From: Octopus sinensis
Lineage: Eukaryota
Direction: 5' to 3'
Assembly: GCF_006345805.1 (NCBI RefSeq)
Contig: NC_043003.1
Location: 79,670,001 to 79,734,000 of the forward strand
Length of the DNA: 64,000 bases
The notes below the pieces were generated by a model. The model worked only from the letters and a program-made list of their open reading frames with translations, ran no database searches and was not told the DNA's origin. The position numbers and the translations under genes are program-made. Positions 13,502-26,030 of this stretch are shown here, piece by piece. The stretch's first letter is position 1; each line of letters begins with the position of its first letter.

Positions 13502-14425
13502 GTGGAATTATTTTCCTTCGCTCACTTGCTATAAATATGAAAATTATACTGGCCAAAATTGTTCGAAACTAATTATTTTTGTACTTGTAAAATTCTAAGT
13601 GTATTGTTCAAAGGAGACTTTGCTTCTCTGATGAAGAAACTATTCTACATTGATAAGGTGTAATAATGTCCTTAGCAGTTAGTTTGTGAGCTAACAAAGA
13701 TCAATTCTCCGTGAAAGTAATACATTTTTCGAAATTATCTCTCCTTTTCTTTGAGAATCGTTAACAATTGCCACTAAGTTCTTATTTTCTTTCTCCAACT
13801 AAAAGGCAAATTTGAACTCATTAGGAATTTTTTGCGCACATTATTCAGCACATTAACATCATATCTGAAATCTCTAAATTCATGCTATTGGAAAACTTGA
13901 GTTATTCGTATTAGTTCGCATTTTGTTATTTTGCAACTTAAATTGGCCAAATTCCTCGTATTTTTCATCATGTATAATTCTATGTAAAATACTTTTTATA
14001 AATCTATAAAATTCATAAAGAATTTTTCGCAGACGTTCTTTATTACACTCACTTGTACCTTAATATACAAGGTATTTGCTTCTCAGCTGAAACATTACGA
14101 GTTCGTATCCGATAGTCACTGTTTCCGTTTCAAGTGCATGTTTTGGGGTCTACTGTGGATTTGTTCTCTGTATGTTGCTATCATTTTCATCCTATAGTCC
14201 TTTAATAGATTCTGCTATCTTATAGATTACTCTAGCGCTGCAGCCTTTATTTGTTAATCCGGTGGTCATTTCGTTTTTCACGATAGAAATTCTTATTGTA
14301 TTAGTTTTACCTAAATCCATGCAGGAATAATCCTCTTTCAGAGTTGAATAATCAGTGTCTTCTGAGTTGTCTCTGCTTTATCCAAGGTCCGGTGTTTTGT
14401 TGAATTTTTCAGGATAGTGGTATTC
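13502..14425 (-). pseudogene. Inverted copies of the same unit plus an upstream decayed reading frame
   Basis: The reverse complement of 13502-14000 aligns by eye to 12745-13500; the frame 14425-13880 runs 182 codons with 4 internal stops. Confidence 0.5.
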
Positions 14426-14555
14426 CTAGTAGAATGATCAAAGAATTAGTGGAAGCTGCTTTCGTTTGGTTGCTGCCTTTCGTCGAAAGGTCATGCTAGA
14501 GAAAAGTACATCTATTTAAATAACTTACAAATTGTACTTTGGTAACATTTCATAA

Positions 14556-15110
14556 ATATTAAGGAGAAACAGTTGTATTGAATTGTCAAGTAGTTGAAGT
14601 AAAAATTCTCTATGTGAAGATTTGCTCTCTCATATATGCTAAAATTTCAAACAAGTGTTTCCAGAATCAAGTTCGAAAGATTAAAAACATATTACGTTTC
14701 CCTTTGCAGATTGGCGACACAAGCTGGTTCATAAAGTATTATTTAAAAAAATAATTGAATGCTACAAATATATATTTGTTTCTTTCCCTCTAGTGGAAAT
14801 TATCAAACATTAAAATAACATTGTCAGTTATTCTTGCATGAAGACATATCAGTTTTACTTAGTTGTAGAGGTGAATTATACCAGTGAACTCGTCATTGTA
14901 GGAGGAGATAGCTATTTGTTAAATAACAATGATTATTTTTGAAGTAATATTGGAATGACATTACGTAAATTACAGTAGTTACTTAAGGGATTACATTTTG
15001 AAGAATAAATTCTATTTCAGTTTTTGCTTCGTAATGAATTTCTCACTGCCAGATAATCATGAAATTTTGTCTGTGTCTTTTTTTAAAAATTAGACTTTGG
15101 TACCTTTGAA
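14556..15110 (+). pseudogene. Decayed reading frame related to the repeat unit
   Basis: One frame with scattered stops gives YIFVSFPLVEII and TLRKLQ (14958), paralleling ...EII and TLRILQ in the 13502-13740 copy. Confidence 0.35.
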
Positions 15111-15429
15111 GAAATGCTTCTTGATAAAAAAGCAATATGAATGATGCATAATATGATACATTATAGCATATTATATTAAATTCTTCCTCTAATTTTGGTA
15201 AGACTGGATGTTCTATTATACGTATTCTACTTATTGTATAACATTACTATTTTATGTACGCTCCTTCATGTACACTGCTTTACCCTGCATTATTATGTTT
15301 AACCTTATAGTTTCTTATATAGTGGTTTAATAAAGTATGTGATTGAGTATTATCTGGTAATTGATATTTGATTTCGATGTATTTCTCCATTTTCTTATTT
15401 TGTATATATATATATATGTATATATATAT

Positions 15430-15549
15430 ATCGGTCTTTTTTGCTGAACTGCTAAGTTACAGGGAGGTTAACGCACTAACATCGGTTGTCCAGCAATGGT
15501 GGGGAAGCAAACACAGACAGACAAACACACACATCTACATGTATATATA

Positions 15550-15591
<42 letters not shown>

Positions 15592-15720
15592 GACGGTCTC
15601 CTTTCAGTTTCTGTCTACTAAATCCACTCACAAGGCTTTGGCCGGCCTGAAGCTATACCAGAAGACACCAGCCGTACCACTGAACTGTGAACCATATGGA
15701 CGTGGTTGGGAAGCAGGCCT

Positions 15721-15725
<5 letters not shown>
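15430..15725 (-). mobile_element. SINE family B with internal (AT)n
   Basis: TTTCAGTTTCTGTCTACTAAATCCACTCACAAGGCTTTGGCCGGCC matches 41553-41600. Confidence 0.85.
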
Positions 15726-15795
<70 letters not shown>

Positions 15796-15933
15796 CAGGG
15801 CATTAACAACGGGTGTCTTTCGACTAAGGACAAATTAAATTAAGCTGGCGTGTGGAAGTAAAGTCATGCACACACACACATATCTATATATATGTATACG
15901 TAACTGTGTGTGAGTATATGTGTATCAATGTGT

Positions 15934-15966
<33 letters not shown>

Positions 15967-18180
15967 GTGTGTTTGTGTCTGTGCTTGTAACCTATCTCCG
16001 TTTCACAATTGGCGTTGTTTTGTTTACATCCCCGTAACGTAGCGGTTCGGCTATAGGTCGATAGAATAAGTACGAGACTTTAAAAAATTGGCAATCATTG
16101 TAGGATGAAATATTATATTTCTAGATTGCGCCGCTTTTTCTCTAACAGTATACGAGTAGATTAAGTGTAGGAAATATAAGCGGATATACTACTGAAAGTA
16201 TTAGCTTATCTATCAGGATAAATATTTAAAGTGTCTGAAATACTATTAAAGAAAATGATAATTTAATCAATTAATGCTGTGGGAAGCATACTTTTTCCAG
16301 TAAAGAAGATAACAATCCAAATTATATGGATTATAATCCAGTATAAACTTGCTCAATAATGTATTGCTACAAACTACTGAAGAACTGTTCTGGAAAACCG
16401 GTCACGGCTTCCAAACAAAAAAAAAAAAAAAAGAAAAACCCCCCAAAATGTCAGAGCTCCAAATAGTGTGATATTAAAACTTCAAAACAACAAGACAGAG
16501 AACTTATACGAAATAGAGAAGCTTTCATGACAATGTCACATCACTAATTTTATTATCAACAACTACAGAGACGGGAACTGGAATATACTAAACGAGATAA
16601 ACATTCACGAACAGAAAATAATGTTAGAATTAGATATTCTTGAGCAAGCGGAACCTTTCCTACCACATTTACTACATGATACTGTTAAAGAACATACATC
16701 CAACTCGAAAAAAAAAAAAAACAGAAAAAAGAAATCCTTCGCTTCATTAATTAACATGGCACTGACATCGGTAAAATGAATGAAAAAATATGTAGTAAAA
16801 TAAATGCAAATCTATAATACTATAATAAAGTGTATGTATATGTGTATTAATTATGCATGCGTGCGTGCTTTCACAGTTTGACACTGAATACTACTAAGTC
16901 GATGAAAAGCGTAAATGTGAAGGAAATAGAAATTATGATGCTTGCAAGTCAATGATTATGCGAGCGATATATTAATATGTAATATAAAATCATTGCTAAT
17001 CCCTACGACACTACCGAGATTACTAATTTCGCGAGAGTAAAGCTACTATCAAATCTTATGACCTTTTTGTACAGAAGAAGTTAGCTTCTATCGAAATAAT
17101 GGCCTACTTGCTATGAAAAGTCGTAAACCAAATAGATTGACAGAATGAAAAAAGAATTGTTGTGTTTTTAGAAATCTTGAATTCAAAATACTACCAACAG
17201 CAATCACTCGGGAAACATCTTAAATTTAAACAATCCATTGTACAATCTGTTCCACAAACTAAATGAAACGATAAATTATATTCACAGACTGACTATCCAC
17301 TCTAGAAATTTTATCGGCAGAGTAGTAAAATATATTTTTTTATGTTTCTGTAATCGCTAACCTGATGAAAATATCATTACAATCTCCACAACTTATCATA
17401 ATAATGTGTGGGCTGACGTGGATATAAAATATATAAAAAAAAACAAAAATAAAAACGAGAAAAAGAACAACAAAAAATATAGAAAAACAGCCAACACAAC
17501 AATAGTATTGGTGTGCATCACAGGCAATACTGTAGGGCTAGTTATAAAATATGAACACCTTTTCTCTCCGTGCTCAAAAAGCAAGAGGTAATTTTCTGGT
17601 GAGCAAGGAGAAGAAGATTCCATTTTGCGTGATGTTACTGGTAGGAAGTTACAACATTGACTATTAATATGTACCCTATGTTATCCATTTTCTCTCTTCC
17701 AGATGTGGTAAGGTAAAAATGATAAGAGCGCAGATATTCGTCGTAATAATCTGTCAACTTATAATTCACTGAGTCGGCCCATACTCTAATGGAAGCAGAC
17801 AGAACATAAATGAAGGCCCCCACCCCACAAGATAAAGAGACTTTAGTGCGCATATTTCTGGATAAGGCGGTCTTTTTTTACTGATCAAAATATGCCACAT
17901 TGACAACCGATCAACTTTAAATAAATTAATCTGGACAGATTTACCTATTAGCAATGTATATATGAACCAACATACCAGCTACACTTGTTAGAGGTCAGCA
18001 TGATTAGTATGAATATTACCTGCTTATGAGATCAAAAGCTAAAATAATATTTTGTCCAGTGGATGATCTACAGTTTTTAACTGTTACACAAATGTTTTTT
18101 CTCAGTTAATGCAATTTAATATCATGATAGTTTACATATATGCACTACTAATACGAACGCTAATAGCTCTACTACTACTA

Positions 18181-18228
<48 letters not shown>

Positions 18229-18239
18229 ATAATAATAAT

Positions 18240-18860
18240 AGTATAATAATGTTAATAACAGCAACAATAATAATACGAGCCAATCCCTTAACATCACCCT
18301 AAACTTTAACTTATCCACAAATTGTACAACATCTTCCCTCTTCACAGCTAACCCACGTAAGACGGATAGTTGCAACTGCCCGTCTAGGACCGAATGCCCG
18401 CTGCAAGTCCACAGCAGAAGGTTTAACGTAGTATACAAATGCATTGTCCACAACATATTACATAATTCTACTAGCTACTACATCGAGTCTACTATTAATT
18501 TTTAACAAAAAATATTCTGCACATCTAAACTCATTCAAATATGAAGAGCATAGCAAATCCACGTCTCCAGCCAACAACCACATACACCGTCTAATAAATA
18601 GGAAAGTAGCATATAAGATACCCTGGGCCATAATAGATTCTGGTTTCCCATACCAAGGCCAGTGCTCCACTTGTGGCTCTACCTGAAAGAAGCCCTGCAA
18701 ATATTAATTCATAATTCACCACAATTACTCAAAAAACAACACGAAGCATTTTCTACACGTAAGCATAAGTTGGTTCGCACCTTTAGATTCTTTCATAGGT
18801 TCAAATGTAAGCAAAATCAACACACATAACACTTGCCTGTATGCATCCACGGTCGTTACA
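18240..18860 (+). mobile_element. Penelope-like element, GIY-YIG endonuclease region, decayed
   Basis: CNCPSRTECPLQ...VVYKCIV and YSAHLNSFKYEEHSKSTS...YKIPWAII...C...LKEALQI match the PLE endonuclease pattern; parallels ORF 63129..63476. Confidence 0.85.
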
Positions 18861-19654
18861 ATACACACACGCTTTTCTTCTCTTTTCTTCTCTATCATCA
18901 TAAGTGCATTTGAAGCTTTAATTCCTTTTAATATTTTATCTTTGATTTTTAATTTTTAATTCTAAGTTTTAATTTAATTTCTAATTCTTTAATTTGTATC
19001 TTTTATCCATTTAATTCTAGTTTTATCCTATATATATATATATACCCCCTTAAGCTAGGCATCTACTTTTAGGTTTCCCTACTGTCACCTGAGCACACCT
19101 AACCTCCCTTTCACCTGTTTAATTAATAGACATAAATACCTTCCTTCTCCGCTTTGCCAAAACTTTGCCTGATCCCTCACCCCGAACCGACACTTACGAA
19201 GAATAATATTGACATCTTATTTCTATCTTTATTTTTTTTATTTTCATTTCTTATTTTTCATTTTTATTTATTTACTTTGATCTTTGATTTTACTTTCACT
19301 TTCATTCATTCTTTCCCACACCTATCCCACTCCTGTCTTTTCCCACTTTTTCTCTCTTTCTCCTTCTTTTCTCTCTTTCTCCTCTGTCTTCTATCTACTC
19401 ACTCACAACCCACTTCTCTCTATCTTGATGTCTGTCTTTCTCACTCTATATACCCACGCGAACCATTTACATACAAGTTAACCACTTCAACGTGAATGCA
19501 TCATTCAAAATACTGCCAAAATACTGCTTGGATTTACCTCTGGAAAACGATGAGCTGAGATTGTCTGTATTCTATCTACTTTTAATCTTTATTTTTCTAT
19601 TTTATTCCTTATAATATATGAATTTTCCTGTTTAGAACTTTCATATACACTCAC

Positions 19655-19733
19655 CTTGTCTCTAATGACAGAATACCCATTGTACGGACATGTTAGCCTG
19701 TCACTTGGGATACCCCAGAAACTGCTGTAAGAA
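19655..19733 (+). ncRNA. Degenerate type I hammerhead ribozyme motif downstream of a PLE
   Basis: TCT-CTAATGA-long stem II-GAAA-CTGCT-GTA-AGA; core CUGAUGA appears as CUAAUGA. Confidence 0.45.
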
Positions 19734-21299
19734 TTCAAATTCATCTTACCCTAATTAAATTATTATAAATGACTTGAAATACTCGTCCGGCCTTGGATTT
19801 TGTTGTCCTTTATCTTACTTGGAAATGGATGTGTGGCGTTCAATCATTGAATGCGACGTATCCATTTCCAAGTAAGTTTATCATAATAATTTTGATGCGA
19901 CTCTACCCTGTACTGTTCTCTCTCACCCTTTCGTTTTCCCTCTTTTCCTTTCTATAATTTTTTTTCTCCCCTTCACCGTTTTCTATCTGTCCCTCTCTCT
20001 CTTTCACCTTTACTCTTTCTCGTTGCTCACACGTGACCGTCTTCCATCTTTCTTTTCCTCACGTGATCATCTTTCTTTTCTTTCAGTCTGTCTTACAGAC
20101 CATTCTTATCTGTTTCCTCTTCTTTCTTTTCTCTTGTCGAAGACAGTATTCCTCCAGCGTTCGCTACCTTACCCTGTCTGGCCTAACGGCCCTCCATGTT
20201 TGTTTTCGTTTGGATTATTGTATGTCTCTACTGTCCTGTTTTTGTTACCAGCTTTGACCCTCCGCAAATCCTAAATTTCATTTTGGTTCGCGGGTGCAAC
20301 TGCCTTTCGAAGCCTCATATTGTCGTTAATTGCTCGAAATGAGGAGTAGATGGACAGCCGACAACTGATGAAGGGTAATTCTTTTTGTTACTTGTCTTGT
20401 TTTCCATTTGTTTCTCTCGCTGTTCGCATGCCCAAGTTTGCCTTGTAGTTCATGCTGTTTACGTTTTATGACGTCCTGTACCAATATATGCCTATATATA
20501 TATATATATATATACATATACATAAACACACACACACACACACGTATATCTATATATATATATATATACATACATACATCTCTCTCTTTCTCTCTCTCTC
20601 TCTATATATATATATATACATGTGTGTATTCGTGTGTGTGTGTGCGAGTAAATGTATTCTTAGAAATAATAGTTCAGAAAATAAGAAAAGATGTTCCATT
20701 GATCACAGATTTGCGACAGTCAAGGAACTATTCGAATTGACAGAGAAATGTGAGAAAGTTGTTTACCAAATGTTATTCTTTAAACAATTCTAAAGAACGA
20801 CGATATTCTTATTACAATTACAATCTTCCACCAATCTAAATTCTTTTATCTAGCAGGATTTCAATATTCCGTAACTGTGAAACATCATTTCTGCATCATG
20901 AAATTCTTATATCTTCTCATATCAATAGCTTTAGATGTGTATACGGAAACACTGTGACCGATTAACCTCTCGTGACATAAGTCCCTGACAAGTGAAGATT
21001 AATGAAGCTACTATAGATGCATCGAACATGACAGAAGACGGCTGAATCAGTAATATCTTTGGTTTCACTATAAGTATGAAAAACACAATTGTACCCCTTA
21101 GTGCAACGCCCGCACCTCAATAGAAAATACATGCACAAGTACTCTACAACTACTATCGATATCAATCTGCAACACACTGACGCCAAACTTCTTGTTACAG
21201 AGTGAAGAAAATACCTATCTCAGTGTAAGCTCAAGATTCTTATCCATGGAGCCAAGTTCATCTTGACTCAATAACACGATGACAGACTGAAGCTGGATC

Positions 21300-21830
21300 T
21301 TGAAGCACATTTTTACTGAACAGCCTTAACTCAAATAGATACTCAACTCTGATACCTCGGTCAACATCTTCATTAGCAAGGCTATCAGCCATACCCGCCA
21401 AAAATTCCCCATCTACTACTTCGGCAATACATCAATTGCTGCCTCGATTGCAAACTCTCAAGACTAAAGCAATCCATATTTAGCAACCTGTAGGACTACA
21501 CCGACACATCTCCAAAACATTCTAGATCTTAGCTAGCTACTTTTAAGCTAAGATCGAGAAACATCGTTTGCCTCCTATGCAACGGTAAAAACGTTTTGTC
21601 ATCACTCAAGACACCATAACACCCTAGCTTATGAACACGTCAACGATAATGAAATATACACCAAAATTAACGTTACTGGAATCATACTAAGTCAGTGAGA
21701 AACACTCATTAATAACACCTAAATCGACATGCGCCACAAACATAAATTTCAAACAATTATCATGGTGAACTTCACGACACGTAACAGCAAACTTCTCGTA
21801 TACTACCACCTCACCAACACGCATAAATAA
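21300..21830 (+). mobile_element. Possible highly decayed PLE endonuclease remnant
   Basis: ETSFASY...HHSRHHNTLAYEH...ETLINNT*IDMRHKHKF resembles the GIY-YIG C-terminal CRHxxKF ending. Confidence 0.35.
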
Positions 21831-21839
21831 CGACATAAT

Positions 21840-22056
21840 ATTGGTTTCAAATTTTGGTACAATGCCAGAGGTTTTGGGGGAAGTGGCAAGTCAATTATAT
21901 CGACCCCAGTGCTCGACTGGCACTTACCTTATCGACTTCTAAACGATGAAAAGCAAAGTCGACCTCAGCAGAATTTGAACTCAGAACGTAAGGACGAACG
22001 AAATAACCCTCAGCATTTTCCCTGGCGTGCTAACGATTCTGCCAGATTACCGCCTT
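21840..22056 (-). mobile_element. tRNA-derived SINE family A
   Basis: GAATTTGAACTCAGAACGT (reverse B box) and GCTAACGATTCTGCCAG (reverse A box). Confidence 0.9.
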
Positions 22057-22059
22057 AAA

Positions 22060-22620
22060 TAACGAGATAATATTAAAATAACACCAATAGTTTTTCATAA
22101 TAAAAGGACCGATTTGCAAAATCTGGCCCCTCTCCAGTATCATAAGATCCCTAATAATGAACTTCACAGGGCACGTTAGCAACTCGGAAAAGATCATCTG
22201 ACATTTACGTGGGATATAACTCAAGAATTCTTAAATGCAACACATATACATATCAACCTTGACGTAATATCTCTATATACCATGCTACCCACATTCCCTA
22301 CTATCGGTCTGAAAACCGAATGCGTCGCTTCATCCAACCTGAACTGCTTCGGACTCACAGACCCAAACAACCACTCCTGTTGTCATATTTTGCAACATTT
22401 ATTTCAACTTCCTTGGAAAGGCCCACTCTGTCAGGCCTACCAGTGAATAGGCTGCAGTGCAGGCCCCCTCAGTATATGGAACTTACTCACCATCTTTACT
22501 CAATATTTTGAGGGCATCCTCATCCTCACAATGATCGGTATTGATGCACACTGGGCAACTCCCCCATCCACCACACGAACAAATGACTATGCACCTATGG
22601 GCTTATCAAGAATAATTCTG
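22060..22620 (+). mobile_element. PLE reverse transcriptase fragment, decayed
   Basis: INLDVISLYTMLP (SFDVxSLYTxIP motif) and NIYFNFLGK (FxFxG motif). Confidence 0.65.
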
Positions 22621-22799
22621 TTCAGTATTTTCCCTATAATACGGCGTCGAGCTCGCAGAATCGTTAGCACGCCGGGCAAAATGCTAAACAGCATTTCTTC
22701 GGTCTTTACTTATGTTGTATACTATCTACAACGTGTCCTATGTTGTATACTATCTACAGCGTGTCAACTGCGGCAATTACTATATTGGTTGCATCACAG

Positions 22800-23044
22800 A
22801 CCTTTCATACCCTGTTGAAGGAGCATTTAACAACAGGGGCATCTTCTTTTCTGAAACACATATTTAAACACATCTTTTTTCACGCTCAGAGTTGCTGAAG
22901 CATGGAATAAATTGCCTGCGTCAGTTGTTGACTGCCATGACACTGCATCCTTTAAGGCCCTCATGCTTTCCGAAATCCGCCGAAACTACACCTGATTATA
23001 TATACACTTTAGATGAGTTGTAGTGCACCTGAGCACTGTACACA

Positions 23045-23100
<56 letters not shown>
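22800..23100 (+). mobile_element. CR1/L2-type LINE 3' end with (ATT)n tail
   Basis: FFTLRVAEAWNKLPASVVDCHDTASFK matches the CR1 C-terminal RVxxxWNxLP motif, followed by about 19 ATT units. Confidence 0.8.
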
Positions 23101-23103
<3 letters not shown>

Positions 23104-23439
23104 ATGTGGGAACAGCAACATCCTAGTCACAGGACGGATCATAGGTAACTTTCTGATGAAAAAGGCAGTTTTCATTGAAAAACACAAGTCGAGTAGTAGT
23201 GGTCGATTAGAGTTAGGCCGATGGTTTAGATAAGTTGTCTACTAGCATTACTTTTACCACAGATTCTGGTATTACTTCTCCTGATGTAAGATGTGCCACT
23301 TCTTGAGTGCTGCTATCACTGTTATTACTAATACTACTGCCAATATGACTGCTAATTATTCTTCTAACTTTCCTACCACTACAACGACTGCTAGTACCAC
23401 CATCGTCACTGTCATGACTGCCACAGCTATAATGATCAC

Positions 23440-23762
23440 TAAAGACAACCTTCAATCACGAATGACCATTGGATTGCACCTAGAAAGTTACCCTCTGAAA
23501 CACAAGTCCGAGCAAGGTTGTTTATGGAAGTCCAACATTGGCCCATGCATACTAACCTCCTCTCTCCACGCCACCGAAGGGAAGGCAAACGCCGATACAA
23601 CTTAGCACCAGTGACGTCGCAAATCATTTCTAAAGCTGAGCGAGCTGGAGCAACGTGAAATAAAGTGTCTTGCTCAAGAACACAACATATCCCGTTTCGG
23701 GAATCGAGCTCACTATCTTATTATTGTGAGCACGACGCCCTAACCATTGAGCCATGCACCTT
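23440..23762 (-). mobile_element. tRNA-derived SINE family C
   Basis: Reverse strand starts GGTGCATGGCTCAATGGTTAGGGCG (A box) and has TCGATTCCCG (B box). Confidence 0.75.
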
Positions 23763-23812
23763 CAACACCACCACCACCATCCACAACTACCACCAGCACC
23801 AGCACCACCACC

Positions 23813-23878
<66 letters not shown>

Positions 23879-24090
23879 TCTGCTGTAGCTGCTGTTGCTG
23901 ACACGGTCGCCGTTGCTGTCCTTACTACCACTGTTACTGCAGCCACTACGTCTTCCATGCTATCACAGCTGCTACTTCAATATCCACCTTTCTTCCTCCA
24001 CCCTATCCATACCCCTCCTTCTCTTCCTCCTCCTCCTCCTCCTCCTCCTATCTTCAACGCTGCTGCTACTACTGCTACTATAACTACACA
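23763..24090. repeat. Compound trinucleotide microsatellite (ACC/ACT/GCT/CCT)
   Basis: Seen directly; explains the poly-T/A/P and poly-V ORFs. Confidence 0.9.
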
Positions 24091-24401
24091 TGATCTGCTT
24101 TGATACTCAATATTTCTTTAACTCTTTCTCTCTTCTACAGATGAATGAGTCACTCAAAATATAAGGGCTGAATAAATCAATAATTCTTTACTTCGCAACG
24201 TAAGAAAGTCTTCGCCTTACTTTAATTTCATAAAAAGAAAATAGTGTTGTAATAAACTCAAATGAACGCAATAGGTTATCAAACCAGTTTTTCTTAAAAA
24301 ACAAAAGAACTTTGAAAATACAGTTAGTAGCATTTGTAACGTATCAAGCAAAATATTCACTGCGTCTAACGTTTAAGAGAACTTATTAATAAAAGAACTC
24401 A

Positions 24402-24640
24402 AGGCGTGAGCTGGCAGAATCGTTATCGTACCAGATACAATGCTTAGCAACATTTCTTCTGGCTCTTTGTGCCTTTGAGTTCAAATTTCGCTAAGGTCAA
24501 CTTTGACTTTTATCATTTCGGGATTGACAAAATGAAGTACGAGTTAAGTACGCTGGGTTCGACTACAGTATTTGCCTTGTACTCGACTTAACCCTTTCCC
24601 TAAAATTGCAGGTTTTGTGGCATAATTAGAAAGGATTAAT
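24402..24640 (+). mobile_element. SINE family A
   Basis: GAGCTGGCAGAATCGTTA A box and GAGTTCAAATTTC B box. Confidence 0.85.
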
Positions 24641-24904
24641 GAAAGAATTATTTCATCGTCTATTGTTACTAATTTGAAACTAGATAAAGCAATGTACACA
24701 ACACTTCTAAAGAAATTGAAGACACAGTTTTCAATAAGTAAATTAAAGAAATGTAGCTACGTGTGTGTGTGTGTGTGTATGCTAGGAGAAAGACAAAATA
24801 ATTCGTATCCCAAACTTCAGGTTAATCCCTGTTAAGAAAACAAAAATAAACTACCACTACAGTATGGCACCAAGTTGTGAAAACCTTCTTGAATGATGTG
24901 GGAC

Positions 24905-26030
24905 TTGATATCGATTACAAATTTTGACAACAGGCCAGCAGTTTCGGGTGAGGAGGTAAAGAGGTAAGTCAATAACATCGACCCCAGGTTCAACTGATAC
25001 TTATTTTATCGACTCCGAAAAGATGAATGATAATGCCGATCTCGGATGAATTTGAACTCAGAATGTAAAGACTTGCGAAACATCGCTAAGCATTTCGTCC
25101 GATGTGTTAACGATTCTGCCAGCTCGTTGCCTTAAATGTAAGACTTAATATCTATATGCACAAGATAAATAATTTTGAAGAGAGGGATAAATCGATCACA
25201 TGAATCCCAGTGCTCAACTGATACTTATTTCATGTTGACCCCGAAAGGGATAGAAGGCAAAGATGGCCGCGGTGGTATTTACACTTAGAGCAAAAAGAGC
25301 TAGGGAAAATACCTGTAAGTAGTTTTGTCCGATGCGTTAATGACTTTGCTAATTGGCTGCGTATCTTTAGAAAATAAAATTGGTCACAAATTTTGGCGCT
25401 AGGCCAATAATTTTAGGGGCGGGGTAAATTGATTACGTCAGCCCTAGTCTTCAAATGGTACCAAAAATGATGAAAGACAAAGCTGATGTTGGTGGTGCTT
25501 CAACTCCGAACATAAAGACAGACAAAACGCTGCTAAGCATTTTGTTCGGCATGCTAACAATTCTTATTTCTTTATTGCCCACAAGGGGCTAAACATAGAG
25601 TGGACAAACAAGGACAGACAAACGGATTAAGTCGATTACATCGATCCCAGTGCGTAACTGGTGCTTATTTAATCGACTCCGAAAAGATGAAAGGCAAAGT
25701 GGACCTCGGTGGAATTTGAACTCAGAACGTAAAGACAGACGAAATACCGCTAAGCATTTCGCCCGGCGTGCTAACGTTTCTGCCACCTCGCCGCCTCTTG
25801 TGAGAAGTAGTATTGATTTAAAATTTTGACACAAAGCCAGCAATTTCGGGGGAGGCAATTAGTAGATTACATCATCCCCAGTGTTCAACTGGTACTTATT
25901 TTATCGACCCGAAAGGACGAAAGGAAAAGTTGATCTCGGCGGAGTTTTAACTCAGAACGTAAAGGCTGACAAAATGCCACTGAGCATTTCCCCCGGCTTG
26001 TTAACGGTTCTGCCAGCCCGCCGCCTTCTA
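24905..26030 (-). mobile_element. Tandem array of five family A SINEs
   Basis: Copies at about 24908-25135, 25155-25360, 25378-25560, 25566-25797 and 25812-26027, same orientation. Confidence 0.85.

Noticed and set aside
16372-16410. CTGAAGA...GAAAACCGGTC hammerhead-like string
   Set aside because: Extra A in the core, and no stem I or II pairing.
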